From positions 112,780,001-112,844,000 of the forward strand of contig NC_086108.1 in the NCBI RefSeq assembly GCF_963921235.1: 64,000 bases of DNA. The letters are read 5' to 3'. A model generated the notes under the pieces. The model had not been told where the DNA came from. It saw only the letters and a list, made by a program, of their open reading frames with translations, and did no database searches. A program made the position numbers and the translations under genes. This DNA is from Mobula hypostoma. Its lineage: Eukaryota. Of this stretch, positions 61,705 to 64,000 are shown piece by piece (within the stretch, counting starts at the first letter, position 1; every line of letters begins with the position of its first letter).

Positions 61705-63964
61705 TGACAACACACATCAAAGTTGCTGGTGAACGCAGCAGGCCAGGCAGCATCTGTAGGAAGAGGTGCAGTCGACGTTTCAGGCCGAGACCCTTCGTCA
61801 GGACTAACAGAAGGAAGAGTGAGTAAGGGATTTGAAAGTTGGAGGGGGTGGGGGAGATCCAAAATGATAGGAGAAGACAGGAGGGGGAGGGATGGAGCCA
61901 AGAGCTGGACAGGTGATTGGCAAAAGGGGATACGAGAGGATCATGGGACAGGAGGTCCGGGAAGAAAGACGGGGGGTGGGGGGCAGCCAGAGGATGGGCA
62001 AGAGGTATATTCAGAGGGACAGAGGGAGAAAAAAGAGAGTGAGAGAAAGAATGTGTGCATAAAAATAAGTAACAGATGGGGTATGAAGGGGAGGTGGGCC
62101 TCAGCGGAAGTTAGAGAAGTCGATGTTCATGCCATCAGGTTGGAGGCTACCCAGACAGAATATAAGGTGTTGTTCCTCCAACCTGAGTGTGGCTTCACCT
62201 TTACAGTAGAGGAGGCCGTGGATAGACATGTCAGAATGGGAATGGGAATGGGATGTGGAATTAAAATGTGTGGCCACTGGGAGATCCTGCTTTCTCTGGC
62301 GGACAGAGCGTAGATGTTCAGCAAAGCGGTCTCCCAGTCTGTGTCGGGTCTCGCCAATATATAAAAGGCCACATCGGGAGCACCGGACGCAGTATATCAC
62401 CCCAGTCGACTCACAGGTGAAGTGTTGCCTCACCTGGAAGGACTGTTTGGGGCCCTGAATGGTGGTAAGGGAGGAAGTGTAAGGGCATGTGTAGCACTTG
62501 TTCCGCTTACACGGATAAGTGCCAGGAGGGAGATCAGTGGGGAGGGATGGGGGGGACGAATGGACAAGGGAGTTGTGTAGGGAGCGATCCCTGCGGAATG
62601 CAGAGAGAGGGGGGGGAGGGAAAGATGTGCTTACTGGTGGGATCCCGTTGGAGGTGGCAGAAGTTACGGAGAATAATATGTTGGACCCGGAGGCTGGTGG
62701 GGTGGTAGGTGAGGACCAGGGGAACCCTATTCCTAGTGGGGTGGCGGGAGGATGGAGTGAGAGCAGATGTACGTGAAATGGGAGAGATGCGTTTAAGAGC
62801 AGAGTTGATAGTGGAGGAAGGGAAGCCCCTTTCTTTAAAAAAGGAAGACATCTCCCTCGTCCTAGAATGAAAAGCCTCATCCTGAGAGCAGATGCGGCGG
62901 AGACGGAGGAATTGCGAGAAGGGGATGGCGTTTTTGCAAGAGACAGGGTGAGAAGAGGAATAGTCCAGATAGCTGTGAGAGTCAGTAGGCTTATAGTAGA
63001 CATCAGTGGATAAGCTGTCTCCAGAGACAGAGACAGAAAGATCTAGAAAGGGGAGGGAGGTGTCGGAAATGGACCAGGTAAACTTGAGGGCAGGGTGAAA
63101 GTTGGAGGCAAAGTTAATAAAGTCAACTAGTTCTGCATGCGTGCAGGAAGCAGCGCCAATGCAGTCGTCGATGTAGCGAAGGAAAAGTGGGGGACAGATA
63201 CCAGAATAGGCACAGAACATAGATTGTTCCACAAACCCAACAAAAAGGCAGGCATAGCTAGGACCCATATGGGTGCCCATAGCTACACCTTTAGTTTGGA
63301 GGAAGTGGGAGGAGCCAAAGGAGAAATTATTAAGAGTAAGGACTAATTCCGCTAGACGGAGCAGAGTGGTGGTAGAGGGGAACTGATTAGGTCTGGAATC
63401 CAAAAAGCGTAGAGCTTTGAGACCTTCCTGATGGGGGATGGAGGTATATAGGGACTGGACATCCATGGTGAAAATAAAGCGGTGGGGGCCAGGGAACTTA
63501 AAATCATCGAAAAGTTTAAGAGCGTGAGAAGTGTCATGAACATAGGTAGGAAGGGATTGAACAAGGGGGGATAAAACCGTGTCGAGGTATGCAGAAATGA
63601 GTTCGGTGGGGCAGGAGCAAGCTGAGACAATAGGTCGGCCAGGACAGGCAGGTTTGTGGATCTTGGGTAGGAGGTAGAAACGGGAAGTGCGGGGTGTGGG
63701 AACTATAAGGTTGGTAGCAGTGGATGGGAGATCCCCTGAGCGGATAAAGTCGGTGATGGTGTGGGAGACAATGGCCTGGTGCTCCTTGGTGGGGTCACGA
63801 TCGAGGGGTAAATAAGAGGAGGTATCCGCGAGTTGTCGCTGTGCCTCGGCAAGGTAGAGGTCAGTATGCCAGACTACAACAGCACCCCCCTTATCGGCGG
63901 GTTTAATAATAAGGTTAGGATTAGTGCGGAGGGAGTGGAGAGCAGAGCGTTCCGAAGGAGTGAG
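61705..63964 (-). mobile_element. Penelope-like element, RT + GIY-YIG endonuclease, 5'-truncated, nearly intact
   Basis: Stop-free frame from about 63960 (IKPADKGGAVV, LPKIHK, GRPIVS, MDVQSLYTSIP, GVAMG, RYIDD) to about 62600; one frameshift near a C-run, then VIYCVRCSRCGLLYIGETRHRLGDRFAEH; pseudo-LTR with hammerhead. Confidence 0.95.
61770..61805 (-). ncRNA. Minimal type I hammerhead ribozyme motif (Penelope-associated)
   Basis: Exact reverse complement of 49595-49630. Confidence 0.8.
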
Positions 63965-64000
63965 TTCTCACGCTCTTAAACTTTTCGATGATTTTAAGTT

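Overview
Vertebrate, not prokaryotic, genomic DNA. The CR1/Rex1/Penelope/V-SINE repeat landscape suggests a cartilaginous fish, probably a ray (inference). Two host genes are present. The first is a complete 5-exon CCN1/CYR61 gene on + (CDS 18564-24617, 1101 nt, 366 aa, all GT-AG introns in phase), with a CArG/TEAD/CRE/TATA promoter. The second is the last three coding exons of ZNHIT6 on - (61004-61084, 51226-51350, 47725-47801), convergent with CCN1 as in mammals. Most of the rest is decayed transposons: CR1, Rex1/Babar, RTE, Hero- and R4-like LINE pieces, Penelope elements, SINEs, a solo LTR and a hAT/Buster element. Most ORFs in the supplied track are TE remnants or tandem-repeat artefacts. 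The most unusual signal is at the RNA level. A short non-autonomous RTE-type retroelement begins with a twister-ribozyme-like motif (3 loci, one in the putative CCN1 3' UTR). At 43477-44935 that motif has been amplified into a 27-unit, 54-bp head-to-tail satellite. Penelope ends carry minimal hammerhead ribozymes, and a TSD-supported multi-layer nested insertion sits in a ZNHIT6 intron. Repeat boundaries are approximate unless a TSD is quoted, and family assignments come from motif recognition, not database searches.
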